A program made the translations under genes and the position numbers. Shown piece by piece: positions 37,001 to 51,612 of a stretch of DNA of 64,000 nucleotides; position 1 is the stretch's first letter, and the number at the start of each line of letters is the position of its first letter. Source of the stretch: Ascidiella aspersa (Eukaryota); the NCBI GenBank assembly GCA_963924565.1, contig OZ004615.1:8866001-8930000 (forward strand), in the 5' to 3' direction. Under the pieces are notes generated by a model. The model saw nothing but the letters and a program-made list of their open reading frames with translations, was not told the origin of the DNA and did not search any database.

Positions 37001-40000
37001 AATGCAAAGGGGACTGCGTGCGCCGCTCCGCCGCCGACCGGCCGTGAATGATGCTTATTTGAATAGCGGAAGGCGTTTTGAGGAGTCCGACACTCGAGCG
37101 CTGATAATTATGTGAAAGGCGACACGCGCCGATCGATTTTAAGGATTCCGCAAATAAATTCAAGAAAAAACGATAAGCTTTCAACAGCGACCGCCTTACG
37201 TAACTTGCCTAATAATGGCGTGAAATGTGTTTGTAATCTTTAAAAATTATTAGTTCGCCAAGAAAAAAAAACGTCACAACGTTCTAAAATATTTATTTCT
37301 ATTTTCTAAGTAATGTCAACTCTTTGCAAGCTTTTTCCAATTTAAGGTCGGGGATATGGATATTACAACGAACAAGGTCAATTGCGCGCTTTTTACACCG
37401 CGTTTGCAGTCTCGGGTGAGCCAGCTTGAAGATGTCAGGCTTTCGACGTCCGATCAAAACTCGACAAGATATTTGCGCGGAGACGCTACACCTCGTGGAC
37501 CACACCGGAATAAAAACCTCTGCCCAGGCAGCGGCGCGGACCTTAGGCCTTGTTTATCGCGAAGGGCCATCGCCGATGATGAATGGTTCGACGCATTAGG
37601 GCTTGTATAGAAACGATTGCGGTCGACCTGCGATCTAGCGCCTACATCAAACGGCAGGTGTGTATTTCCGCGTCGCCCGGCGGTCTTGCGCTGGCCCTGG
37701 CCGCTTGCTTTGTCGCGGAAACCGTTGGCCGGCGTCGTGCCCGTGTTATCGTCGTCTCTATCGAGGCAATAAACATTGGGCCGCGCGCCCGAAAGCTCTC
37801 TTCGCGTCCGCTGCGACCGAAAGATACAGTTACGCAATTTGGCCGTTGATGTATGACCGGCGATAAACGAGTGGCGCGCTTTTGTGGTAGTGCTTCGAAA
37901 GGCCTCTGCTTGCCCAACGAAGGCTATTGCGATCGCGCAACCGGTCCGCTGTAATGGAGTCTGCGAGAAAAATTTCCCCAACGCTTCCTCCAGTTCCTTA
38001 TAAGGGCGCGTGTATAGTAGTGCACAGTACACGATCGGTTTTGCGTGACGACATCGACAATTTCTCAGTAATGATGAGGACGAATCTAGTGTGACGAAAA
38101 CGCTGCTCGTCATTGGGAATCGCTTTTAAAGACAGCTGGAAATTTTCGCCGGACGCCTTTATTTTTCACGACTTGTTTTGCGTGGGTTTGCTTCCCATGT
38201 TGTGCGATGCGTGTGGGTGGGGGTGTCGATGTCAACGGGCCGCTGCATTCCAGCGATCACGGGCACATTTCGTCACAGCAGCCGCAGCAACTGAGTCGGC
38301 GCTGCATGTGAAGAGAACCACTCCTCGATTTTTTAAACAAACACACAAGACTTCGGTCTAGTTTGACGTCGTTCGGTAGGCACTATCGCTGCGGGATCTC
38401 CTTTTCCCTTTCCCGAGCTGCTTTCACTGGGCGTGCGCCCACCCCTCGCCGCGTTGCTTTGTCTCGCTGGAGAAAGCTATGCGCCGCGCGGTATCCGTCG
38501 CGCAGAGGCATTATGACCTCATAATGTCAATATCCCGCTGCTAAAGACTCGGCGAAAAGGCGATCCGCCGAGTGTCAATCGCGTTACGGGAATTGCTGGC
38601 GTTATGACGCCGGGCACACGCGCGACTTCTCAACACGGAAGTGCCAGAAAGTTTTTTGCGGAATGCGATTTCCCGCCGATCGAAAGGTTGAGCCGGGCAA
38701 TATCTTTCGCCAAAAACAATTTCTCCCCCATAAATCACTGCGCTTGCGAAATTGCAAAGCGGCGGACTTAGCGAGATGGGCGGCGCGATCCAGACCGCGT
38801 CCAGTTGCGTCGAGCGCCAGAAACCACACCAATGATCAGATGGTAATTTGATACAGGTGCGTGTCATAACGACTGCGCCGGGCAGCGCCGCCTGCAGTTT
38901 ATTGTCACGTCACGGGCGGTGGTTCTCGATCAGAGTTGAATTTGGCCCGATTGTGAACCGCGATAACATCGCCTTCGTCTGGGCCTCCCTGCCCGGGCGC
39001 GCGGGCGGCCTGCGATTCACGGCCAGATACACAACCCGAGCCCTTGTCACCTGCGCCCGGTGCTTAAGACCCGTCGCTCATCCCACCCTGAAGTGTGCAT
39101 CGGGCGACAAATCGACCATCGATCATCGGCCGTTGATTGTGCCCCGGCGATGCCCGCTTGCCTTTGCGCGTGGTTTGCACGACGGCACTTTCGGGTAATG
39201 GAGGCCAAGTCCCGTTTAAAAGTGGCCGCGGCGACGTGGTTTCGTGCGTTTATTTGTTTCCGGCAGCAGCACGCGGATTTAACACGCTCGTATAGCGTCT
39301 ACCTATACAGGCGCAGTGTTGGCCGCGCGGAGTTGGGAAACCGTCCTCCAATCGCACGAGACTCGGTTTGAAGGCAGCGCTCGGTTTGGTTCCGGCGGGT
39401 GTCCGACGCGCCCGTTTTATGAGCGCTCTCGATTGTGACGGAACAGAGGTGAGCGTGGCGACTGGTCGGGGTCACGACACTGGCGATGGCGGGCAGCGAC
39501 GCGGTGGTAAATCTGCGCCACGCCGACAGGCCAGCGACACGCGCGGAAACGCTTTACTGCCCAATCGGTGATCTACCTTATTTTAGTGCTTCCGTCGGTG
39601 CCAGAAAGCGATTGCTTTTATGGCGACGAATGCGCCCGCTCAAAATTGCAAATCTTTTCGCCGAGCAGGCCTGCCTTAGAACCCCGCAATGCGATTAAGT
39701 GGTGTGCATTGCTCGTGTGGTAATAATGGCAGAACATGCAGAGAAATATTGTTTCAGTGAAATTCTGTTACGGTAAAATGTAAAATATACCTTAATTTGG
39801 TGAATAAGAGCTGCCTGTTCCTTAAATACTTTTTAATGTCCCATATCTATGGTTAGTGCACTAAGCATCCATCAAAAGTGGTGGTAAAGTTACCGCTTAC
39901 GATTATATTTTTTTTACGAAAATCTTTAAAAAAATACTTTCAAGAAACCGTGAATGATGTTTATGCAGTTTACATTCGTGTTGCTCCCTTGCATTGTGCA

Positions 40001-43000
40001 GTTTTTCGGCAATCTTCATAGCTCATCATCTTTGCATCAGGCGCCAGTCTTATCACGAGATTTATCTTGGCATGACGTCACGGGAACAATTTTTATCAGT
40101 GATCGTAAACGGATGAGATTTTCATAAACAATGGGCCACGGTCAATGCTGCTCCTGTTTGGCCTGGGAGTTCATGTTAGCGTTTTCGATTTGTATAGTAT
40201 TCTTTATTATTAAGACAGACTTTACATTTAGTTACGGCAAAAATATTAGTTAATTGCAGTTAAAACGCACAACCCAACTCACACTGGGTGCTACGACTAC
40301 GGTTGAAACTGCCAAGAAAACGAACTTTGATAGATGGACATTTGTCGTGCAAACGCAAAGTTCCTAAAAAGGTCGACAGGAATTTGTCCGTTTCTGCAGG
40401 CCAACATCCAAACAACGTTTCGGGGTTTAGTCGATTAATGGGGTGGAAAGACCATGCCGAGGCCTAATCTATTAATGGAAGAATGGTGACTTTGCATCTC
40501 ACCTTTGCACCGTGCGACTTTTTAACGCGGCCTACCGGTTTGTTACAATTGCACACAAGGTGTTTTGGAAGCGGTGTGGCATAAGTGGCTTGGTACCTTT
40601 CAAATTGGCTGCCAACAGACCAGACCGGGCTGCGATCATGTCACTCCGGTAAGTGCGGTGTATGGGTAAAGTGCGGGGGTCCATTTAAGGTTAAAATCGT
40701 TGTAAGATGTTTAAAACAAACGCTAGTAAAACAAAAAACACATAAATTAAAATGATAAATCGATAAAAAATAAACTGTCTTACACCTTTTTAATGCTGTT
40801 CGGAAACTTGCCGTATTGGGTAGCTTTTTGGTGTCTTACGTCGATGATCTAATCGCTTTCATGCGTGACCGACCTCGTCAGCGAGTTATCGTTGAATTTG
40901 CAGCGCCGTTTTCTCTGCGTTGTTCAAATCGCTGCGAAACACAAGCAAATATTATGGTTCGATAAACTGTCGCTTGCGTCTCGACATTGCATGCCGCCAA
41001 CTCCCCTTTCAACATCAGAGTGCGCTCTTATTTACTAACTCGCTGATTTGTTTGTGGTGGGAAAGGTGCTTGCTTTGACAAGGCAAGCTGCCACCTGCAA
41101 CATTTTTGTGCGACTTATCCGCCGCTTTTTGTGTGTTGTGGCGGGAACAGTCGAACTCGGTTACTGTCGAGCCGAAGTAGCTTCTCACAGGAAAGTTGTG
41201 TGATCTTTATACACCATTTAATTTTGCTGCATATTGATTTGTTTGCGAATGACTTTTTACGAGTAATCAGAAGTTTGTCAATTTATTTACAATGATCGCA
41301 ATTAAAATTTCCAGTAAACTATTATTTACAATGTTATTTCACTATATTAGTGGCATCAGTTATAATTCATCTTTCATGAAATTTATTAAAAATAATAACA
41401 ATCTATACCGTAAAATGCCTCGATTAGCTTCAATGTCTATTCCTAAAACAAAAAAACTAGAGCTTCATATTTTACAATTAGAAAAAAAGGATTTTTGGGG
41501 TATTTTACTAATTTTGAGTAAATCCTTGAGCACCTTTAAACAAGAATCGCCCAATTGTAATTTGCCTTCCAGTAAGCAAAGTTTCCTTCGTCGCATTTTA
41601 CCTTGTCGACTTTTGAACTCCCTTGTTGTGCGATGTCGCGTTGTTTCTCGTCGCCTGTCGCGTAAACAAAGCAACACGTCGCGCGACGCTCGCGAGTAAA
41701 CAGTGTAATGTTCTTTGGCGAGTCGCGAACCCTCGCCTTACCTTGACGCAATCAATCAGCAGTAAAAGTGTCGTGATCAATTCAATTGCGTACTTTGGGT
41801 GCGTCGAGCGGCTGCATGCGTGCAAATTCGCATTTTAAAAAGTTGTGTAACTTTTTTCATTTCGCCATTTTGAGGAAAGAAACCTTATTTTCGTGTTCAC
41901 CCAAATATCGCTAACATATATGGGCACGGTTTGAACATTACGCACAAGTTAAACTAAGCTGTAATGCTAAGTATTACAAGTTATTTTATTTGTGTTTATT
42001 GTTTTTTAGTATGGCCCTATAGTAACAAATATGCCCTCGTCACAAGCAGCCAAGCACACGACGCTCAGAAAAACAAGTATTTATTATACCGTAACACGAC
42101 ATTTATGTGATAATAAGTCTTGTCTTACAATTAAAGTATAGGCTAATATGTTTTTACCACCAAAAAAGGAAAAAGTTATGGTAAACTAATAAAATTCGAA
42201 ATATGTCAATCGAATTAATTAGTTGTTTTTACAGATTATTTGTCAAAGACGGTATACATTTTAAAAGCTGTAGCCGATTTGCGCCTTGACTTTATATAGT
42301 TAAAACACTACGCGAAACAAAGCGGTGTCTATATGAGGCAGGAACACAATGACGAAATGCTGTACGATTTTCGGTCTCGTCTGGCAAACGTAGTCGACGC
42401 GAACAGCTGGATGAAACCAGCCATTTTAAGAAAGAACGGGCACATGGCAAGGGCGCGCGTTAAGTGCCAATTTGCCATCGCGAATTGTATAGCATTTTGT
42501 CGCCCGTAAACTGTTGCCCCGGGTTTGAGCGAACTGTAGAGCACAGGTGGGTAGACGCCCTAAGACGTCGATGCTTATACGAACGGCACGGAGAGGTGTC
42601 GCTATAAGAAGATTAGCGCAACTTGCGACGGACCGATGTCGAACTGCGTCTTGTGTCGCAAAACTATTCGCGGACGCGCAGTGCTAATCTGGGAATTTTC
42701 TCCACGTATTTTAGTGTATTCGCACGAAAGGGCGTCATCTTTTTCGTACAACCTGTTTTGAATATTACGGTGCAGCTTTCCGTGAACGCTATATCTCAAA
42801 GGCTGTAATATTACAGATGCTGACAACGTTTACCTGCGCCACATAAATACGCTTAAATGTTTTAAACAATTGACGACGACTTACCAAAACGAAGTGAAAT
42901 TTTGTTTCAAGTTGGCCCGTAAAATGTATGAAAGCCATATGGCAACAACCAAAAGCTTGATCTATAATTATCTTTTGGTGCGCTTCAGGCGGAAAATCAC

Positions 43001-46000
43001 AAATGCTGTTAGCCGTAAATAACGCGCCAGGTGGATTTAATGTTCGAATGCTTTAAACTGATTAAAATGTGTTACAACTTCCTTAAGATGAATGTTGTAA
43101 TACTTTGTTCTAGTGAAATTTGTTTAATAATGAAACTGGAGAAATAATTTTGTTTGCTTAGTCTATTTATGAGTAGGGTTCTTAAATATCCATTTGTGCC
43201 ATTAATTTATATGCTTCTTGCATCATTAACTTTACTAACAAGCTAAATTTCAACGATCGACTCCTGATCTTTTTAAGTAAGCTATTTCCCAATGCCTATA
43301 CTTGGACCCATGCAAACGCATTTGTATAAAATAAAAACGGCGTGACAATGCATCATTCCCAAGGCGATCCCAACCTTTTCCGTGGCTTTGGCGGTGTCAC
43401 TTACCCAGCAACGGAAACAAACGGGACAGAGGGGTGACTCCCGAACAAAGGGCTCACCCTTTATTGGGCTTAGGTGTCGCGACGTGATTTCGGTCGTACG
43501 ACTGACCCCGGCCTTCTAGCCACGTGCTGCAGATGTAAAATAAAGCCACTTGTCGCCATCCCTAAGCCAGTCGGCGATCAAACAGGTCAACCCGACCTCT
43601 TTCCTCAAATCCCATTAAGCAGCTTGTTGTTTGGCGGCTTGTGCAGGCAATGCTGGTTGCTGCCCGGTTTTGTTGCAGTGTATGCGCTACTTTAATCGGT
43701 AGATGCGAACAATAAATTTGTTTCAGAAGGTGTTCATTGTTTAACGCTATTTTTTATTTATTTAACATTTATATTATTGTATTCTTTTTGTACATAACGT
43801 GACTTGTGCCGATCAATGTGTACAAAACTGTATTATGTAAGCCTGGCGCCAGTTAAATCGTATGATTTTGGTGCAATTTATATGCTGACGAACGCTCACT
43901 TTATTTTTTTAATTCTGTTGTTGGTACGTTCAACTGATGTAAACCAAATCTAATGGTTTAGAAAGGAAATCTCCCTGACTTGTTTGCCTTTAAAAGCAAC
44001 GTAAATCCCCAACTGGCAGGTGTTTCTTTTATTTTTTTTAAACGCTTTGATTTCCTGCGTTTACCGCCTCTTGTCTGTCCAACGACGACTGGTCAAAACT
44101 CGCCACACCGTTCCGATACCTTATACCCAACCTCTCGATGGCCAAAGCACCAACGTTGAAAACAATATGGAATTTCACACTTCAACAGCGTAAAAGCTAC
44201 ATTGGCCAAGTTTGGGCGACTGTGTGTCGGAATATTACGAGCCCAAGGAAGCGTAATAAAATAGGCTGCGGCTCTCAGTCTGACTGACCCCACACTTCAG
44301 CCCTGAACTTTTGCGAAACATTTTTTGTTATAATTCAGGTGACCAAGCCTCTTGAGAGGTTTGGAGAATGTCCAGCAGGGTTTTCAAAGCAGCCAGACAG
44401 CACGTCACACAACATAGATTCTGATTTGTCAGCATTGTAACACAACGAAATGAATTTGCGACTAACTTGATAACCAAAGTTTATTGTTTTTGCAGGACTC
44501 GTAGGAGATGTGCGGGTTGTTCTGCACTGATTGCGAAGGACGAAATGGTGATGAGAGTTTCAAGTTCGCATTTCGTGCATCACGTGGCTTGTTTCGCTTG
44601 TGCCATTTGCAAAAGGCTGTTGAGGAAAGGGGATGAATTCATTTACAACAAGTAAGACTTCTTATCACCATCTAGCGGGAATGTACACTGGCACGTGTTT
44701 TCATGTAAATCGGAAGCACTCAGCCTCTCGTACAGCTATAACTGATATGTTACAACGATTTTCAAGAAAACGTAGCTGCGAACTGCTAAATATGCGACTG
44801 TTTTATGCTAATGAGTTATTGCGACAAAGTGTTTGTTGACAATAGCGAATCGTTACCGCCCCTAATGGTAATTTTGTAGATTAAACTAATCATCGGCTAA
44901 TTTAAAGAAAAAATAGATGCTTCTTAGAGGAGGTGGTCCGCCCTAAAAGTTTTTGAGTACTTTGCTGTAAATGACTAGATATGTGACCCAGTTAACCATG
45001 TAGTCACATTTGTTAAAAATCCAACACAGATCACACACAAATAATCAAAATTATTACAATTTCAGCCATAACAAGGTTAAAAGCGATACCATCTCGCTTC
45101 AATGCAAGCCTTGCTGGACTAAAATGAGGGATATGGGTGAAGAAAGCTCCATTGAAAGTGCTTCCAAAACCATGTCTAATCCTGATCGCCCCACAAGCAC
45201 CCATACCATGTCACCCGGGCGTACTAGTGATGTCACTGACTCCCTACTCTCTCCCAAGAGTGAGAGCTACGTCATGACTCGTAAGTAACCTCTCTTAATC
45301 AAACAATACCCTACAAAGACTGTCTGTTATAAAACGAAAATAGAATAATAAGGCCTAAGCTGTTGCGTTTGTTGGTTGGTTGGTTGTTAAGTGGTGTTAA
45401 ATTCAAACATGTTTAAATTGGTGTTTAATTTTACGTAAGATTTACTAAAACAAAATGTCTTTTAATGTAGCTTTAAAAAGCGAAGATGAAGATGGTATGA
45501 CGTCGGACGAAGATTCCACCTCAGGTCAACTAAATTCATCCAAGGATGAAATTGGGGAAGATGGCAAGAGGTAAAATTTTAACTGTTGCTTCAAAACAAC
45601 TTTTTGTTTTAACTTGCTATTATTTTCGAGCAACGAATGTCAATTACTTGTAGAGAAAAATTGTCACATTTATTGTCTAGTTTTTGCATTTTCCTGACTT
45701 TCGCAATATTTATAGATCGCGCAGCAGTGGCGATGGCAAAGACAAGAGATCAAAAAGACCGAGAACCATACTTAACGCTGTCCAGAGAAGAGCATTTAAA
45801 GCAGCCTTTGAAGTTACTCCAAAACCTTGTCGAAAGGTAAACTATTCTTTCTTTCGCATATATTTTCTAAAACATATTGGAATTTTATACATATATATAT
45901 TGAAAAAATAACAGCCGACTTGCCAGATTTCACCTTAAAAGCCTTTGTTCTCTGCCCTTCTAGCGGCAATGAATCTATTATAAATGTTTCCGTATATTAA

Positions 46001-47069
46001 TTTGCTGTTTGATGTTGTTAGGTTCGGGAAACGTTGGCCAAGGACACTGGACTGACGGTACGCGTGGTGCAAGTGTGGTTCCAGAACCAAAGGGCAAAAA
46101 TGAAGAAACTGGCCAAACGCCAACAGAGCCAGGAAGCGGCCGCCATGAAAGCTAGGGAGGAATTTGGTAAGTTAAAAATTAAAGATGTTTTACACCATGT
46201 GGAGAACAAAAAAAAGAAACGTTTTCCATTTGATTAAGGTTTCTATAATAATTAGTTAACGGCGAATTATGCAGTTCACGATTTTTTTAATATGACGTAT
46301 GATCTAAACATGTTCAGAAAATTGATGCCCTTAGTTTATTTCTAAATGTAAAAAGATATAAAATTCAACTCTAAGTTTAACGATAAGTACGTTCTGGTCC
46401 AACTCTCTTCTAACTTTTCTTCAAAGTGATTTATTTATTAATCCTCCAGCCTCATAACTAACAGTCGAACTTTCACAGGATTTCATCCCTTTGATCCCCT
46501 TAATCCGATGATGCATCCCCACCTACCCGCCTTCATTCGAGATAACCCGGCAATGTTCGAAAGCATGCACGGATATATTAACTGCAATCAGCAGGGGGCG
46601 CTACCGGGCTTACCGTACGGCAACGTTCCTTGTGAACAAATGCCAACAGGTATGCTTTAACTTAAAATAGAGTTTTTGAGCCTCTCTCTTCCAATGTTTA
46701 TTGTTATAAGTTTGTTGGGAACGACTTGTGTGGCGCATGGCGGTAGATATTTCTAATAGTGATGTGCTTTTCTCAGTAATGCCTGGGATTCTGCAAGGAA
46801 ACGCGTTCAGCGATGGAGTTTCAACGTACTATGATGGCCCTCCAAACGTTACAGTGATGTCGCCGAACAACGAATTTCATCCGAACCAAATGGCCGTTAT
46901 ACCGATGGATGGTGGTCAACTTTACCAAAACAATATGCTGCTAGGTAACGGGAGAGAAGATGGTGACGTCATCTCCATATCACCAATACGTCATCAGCTG
47001 TCCGTTCCGCCATCTGCAACGCCGATAAACAGCTTATATTCAATGCATAACAATTATTTTGATAGTTAA
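34005..47069 (+). CDS. Lmx1: Lmx1 LIM-homeodomain transcription factor, about 623 aa
   Basis: Exons 34005-34538, 35137-35273, 44496-44651, 45066-45280, 45471-45570, 45716-45836, 46022-46166, 46479-46649, 46777-47069 (1872 nt). LIM1 [28 protein letters not shown]; LIM2 [22 protein letters not shown]; KSEDEDG; homeodomain [53 protein letters not shown]; Lmx C-terminal motif [15 protein letters not shown]. The true start may lie further upstream. Confidence 0.96.
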
Positions 47070-48509
47070 GTTTTTTGCCTGTTTTATGTCGATACCTCAG
47101 CATCAGCAAAGATGTAATGGCTGCCCGTAAATGTCCCTTCAACTTAGCTGCATAATTTATTGCGTTACCAACTCCGATCGTCGTACCACTTTTTATCGTT
47201 GTATTTTTGCTATTATGAAACAGTGTTGAGAGAATTTTAATTTTTCTTTTGTTCGCGTGTTTTTTCCGCATATTTGAATAATATACAGCAAAAAATATTA
47301 TTTCTCGTCGATTGATTTTCTTTTCCCCCTTAGGTTTTCACAAAAAATGCAAACACAGTTTCCGATAGTACTCCAAATGTGTTTACATGTTTTTACTAAA
47401 GTAGGTAGTTTAATTTATAAGAGGTAAAACTTAAACCTTAAAATATTTCTATTATGTTTTTTACACTGGTTTGTCGGTGGTTTTGGATTGTTTGGTATTT
47501 TAATAAGTATTTTATGATCTAACTTCAAGATTTTAAAATAGTTAGATAGATTTATTGTTTTCAAAAATCAAACCCTAATAAAAAAATGCTACTGCAGGGT
47601 TCTGAGTTCCCAGGGGCAGCGAAGGACTGTTAAGGAAGTCGAATCAGCTGCCCCTGGCTGTGTTCTATTCATTTAAAATATTATAAAGGATAATTTAAAA
47701 CAAATCAAACCAAAACGAGTACACAATATCACGAAACATGTTACATAAATTATATAAGCAACCAAAACAACAACATAAAATGCTTTTTTACGAATAATCC
47801 TAAATGTTTTTTTTATAAATTGAACGATGAGTGGTGTTTGACGTGGTGACAACTATAGCTCAGATGAAATTAAGATCTAAAATTGAAGTATTTCCATTTA
47901 CAACTGACAACCAGTGTTCTATACGCACAGCGACAGAAAATGAGTTTTGAAGCTCAGTCTGTTGATTTAAAAATATGGGAGACGGTAATTGTAAAGTAGG
48001 TTATAGTAAATCGTGATGACTTCTGGTACAGAACTGTCACCAGTTGCATAATCATGTATGACAACGGAAGTTATGATACGCAATTTCTTCAAAACAATAT
48101 TACCGCAAAGCAAATTTCCAAGTACACTCAGGCAAGGTTAATATATTCAATCCAGGCAAACTAAGAAATCGAAACAAAAGATAGGTATTACCTGAATATT
48201 TCAAATGTCTACAATATTATTATCTGTCATACTTGTCATGCCACAATTCTTTGCTTTAACGGGAATTTCGACAAAGGTTGGTTACAACCGCTAGGTAGCG
48301 CCTCAGCGACAGCAGTTTTAAAGGTTAAAATTCCAATGTTTAAAGAAGGAAAAAATATTGAAAATGTTAACTTAAGCGTTATGGGTATCACTCCGCTAGT
48401 GCATAAAAACGATAACAGTTGATATTTGCCGTTTGTTTCTCACAAAACGAGCTTTGTACAGCCTGTTATCTTTAACGGTATCCATATTTTTTAAGTGATC
48501 TGAATCTAG

Positions 48510-48989
48510 CAGTGTTGTAAACAAGTTACTTTGAAATGACTTAAATCCATTTCAATTCATTTGAAAAATAACTTCAGTCCAAGTATTTTTGCAAAAATAA
48601 CAAGTCAAGTCTCAGTCCAAGCTACCAGTTACCCAAGTCAAGTTCCAGTCAAGTCATTATTAGAGAAAGATTGACATAAAATGAAACTTTAAACCAATAA
48701 AATTAAGATAAAAAACGTTTAACTACCGGCAATGAAATTGGTAAACTCGACCTTTTATGAGCAATAACTCAACTAAAAATAACAAAAACGTAATAAACAG
48801 TATAAAAATTTGTTTTACATACAAAAATTGAGACAAATATACGCAGTTTTATTTTTAAATATTTAATGAAAATACATAAATTTAACCCAATTCATGACAT
48901 TTGTTCCAAAGATTTAAGTCAAGTCAAGTCATTGAAAGCAGCGACTTAAATGCGCTTAAGCCAATCATTGATTTAGTCATTACAAACTG
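48510..48989. mobile_element. hAT-like MITE with CAAGTC subterminal repeats
   Basis: TIRs CAGTGTTGTAA / TTACAAACTG; exact TSD GAATCTAG; multiple CAAGTC/AAGTC units at 48575-48660 and 48915-48932. Confidence 0.88.
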
Positions 48990-51272
48990 GAATCTAGGTT
49001 TATTTCGGACAGATTAAATCAATGTTTACAATCTGTTACAAAATAACATATTCAATACAAATATCCTTATCCAATTATAATTGCATAGTTAGTAACCAAG
49101 AGATTTTAAAGAATCTAACCTAGGGTGCTCTTTGTCAGTTTTAGGGGCTTTTACGTTAAAACTAAATTGGTGTGTTAGGATGAGTTCAACTCGCCATCGG
49201 CTCAGCAGTCAATTTGCTAAATCTAATATAGATTTGGCAGCACGATTTAATTAAAATAGACGCGACGGTGAATAACAATTACTCATTATTGTTGTGAGTA
49301 ACATTTGTAACAGAATGTGCAAAGCAAAAAACTGATGTTTAAATAAGTACACGTATATGGTATGGCTCTTTGCAATTAACGCATTACGTTATAGGAAAAA
49401 CTTAGGCATTTGGTCTCTGCACAAATTGAGCTTAAATTTATTTCTACGTAATGTTTTCTGTTAATATACCGTTAGTTCCTTGTTTTTTTACTTTTTTCAT
49501 TTCCCCGAGGATTTTTTTTTGCGATAGTCAAAAACAATTTATAAACAACCATACTTTCGGAACAAAGGTTTCACACAACCTAAACAGCGCTGAGCGATAA
49601 AATCTACAACAAAGTGCACAAAACATGTCGTTGCTTGTATAAAGTTTAATCCTATATGTTCCCACTTGTCACTTACGGCGGTAAAGAGCTGTAAGTTCGT
49701 CTTTTATCGGTTCGTTTTCATTACATCATAGGTGCTATACAAATAAAAATAAAGCAAATATAGCAACTGCTAGATGATTAATAGTAAAACACAAATATTA
49801 AATTAAATTCAGCAGCCGAGAGGCAAAAACAGCGTGCCAAAAATACGCCATTCTGCAAACCAAAACATATAGAACGGTAGTGCGACGGGCGGATGTCCTG
49901 TGAATACAAATTACCCACGCGATGTGCATCACTGAAACGAAAACTACACTGACAAAAAAAATTAATTTTGTTCTTGAAGTGCCTGGTTAGAAAGTTCGTG
50001 GCATGTAAGTCTTTCTCCGTGCTCACCGCTGTTTGTTTTGTTTGAAAATTATCCCGACGCAGCCCAGTGGCCGTGATACGGATTCCCAAACAAAAATCGC
50101 TCCCGGAGTTTTGAACTTGTGACAGGGGGTAGCCTGACAACTTCGCGCTCCCCTGGCCGTGAACTGAGCCGAACCATTGTGATTGCGCTTTAGAAGTTCC
50201 CGAGAGCAACGAACTGCGATTTGGCAACGCGATTTAATTTACGGCCGCGTAAGCTTCTCTCGGGGGTTAACTAAATTATAGATGGGCAATGTTGGTCTTG
50301 TAAGTATTCTTGTTTAATTTACCCTATGCAGACTGACTTTCAAACAAGCAAATATACAATCGAGGCCTTTGGCATTTTAATTTGCCTTAATTTATAAAAT
50401 ATGGTCACGTTGTATATTCCCATTTAAACAGGATTTGCAACAACAAAAATATTTGCATGTGTGACTGAATAAACGTGGTTACATTTTGGGTTTTTAAGAT
50501 TTTGAGTTAATTAGTATTAGCAATTTATCAACATGTCAGTTTTTTTAGGGGGGGGGGTCTTATTGACAGCCAAACACGCTACAGTAGCGACCTGACGCCG
50601 TGAAGCTCAGCGAGTGTTTTGACTGCGTCGGGCGCTAATGATTTTCTGAGGCGGCGGCTTTCCTTTTGACAGAGACAGTTTCAAAAAGGCGCCGACGTTC
50701 GGCGTGACTGTGTTTGGGCGTTGTTGTTTTGCCAAGATCGAAACCAAAACACAACTATAGGGGTGATTCTTTGGACGGGTTAGAGGTGGGTTTATGAGGG
50801 GGGCAGGGGGCGATGAGGGTCGCGCAGGTGTTCGAATTCGTGCGCAACCGCTTGAGCGTGGGGCCATATTTGTGACGAAAGGGCACGAAAGGAAGTGGGG
50901 TTAAACGCCGCGATGCGAGAAAAACTTTAACTGAATAGTTTTCGTTCCTTGCCTAGCAAGTAACTCTTACGTCATATCACTTGGCTAAGTAGCCTAGATT
51001 TATTGCAACTGAATTGTATTTTCGCTTTTGTCATTTAATTTGATGGCAGCATTTTAAGTAAATAGTTAAGTTATTAAAAATGAATTATGTATTATAAATT
51101 TATAACCAAAAATTATGAAAACATTTAAAATATATATTTTTTAATTTATGTATATATAAGTAAATTGAAAATATATAAATAAATAAGTTACAAGTTCCCT
51201 AAATAAGAATAGGTCATCGAAACGTTGGCACATATATTAAAAAAATTGTCGACGAACAACTTATGATTAAAA

Positions 51273-51528
51273 CAGTGGTTCTCAACCGGTGTGCAGCGGG
51301 TGCCATTATAATGATTAAGGGTGCCGATAGGTATTTCAAAATTTTTAAGAATCTAAACTTCTTAATACAACTATTTGGGTACAATTAAAGACTGATATAT
51401 CGAATGCCATTTTTTACATGTTTTAAGTTGATTGAGTTGTTCCAGTTCCATTTATTGTAACATTTCACTAAAATACTAAAATTCCAGTCGGAGGGTGCCG
51501 TAAAGCCATAAAATGTTGAGAATCAATG
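51273..51528. mobile_element. hAT MITE
   Basis: TIRs CAGTGGTTCTCAAC / GTTGAGAATCAATG; exact TSD GATTAAAA. Confidence 0.9.
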
Positions 51529-51612
51529 GATTAAAACAAAGCCAAGCAACTACAGTATATTTTCTTTTGAAAAATGTTGAAGTGTTTTGCTAAAAAAAAA
51601 TGTTTAACCACT

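Noticed and set aside
36684-39698. Many overlapping 60-219-aa ORFs in the Lmx1 intron
   Set aside because: Arg/Ala/Ser-rich on both strands as expected from GC-rich non-coding DNA; no recognisable domain or exon structure.
40851-40885. Minus-strand CUGACGA...GAAA string
   Set aside because: No stem II or stem I complementarity.
47610-47657. 11-bp inverted repeat CCAGGGGCAGC / GCTGCCCCTGG
   Set aside because: Isolated short hairpin, probably an internal MITE remnant; no TSD or function supportable.
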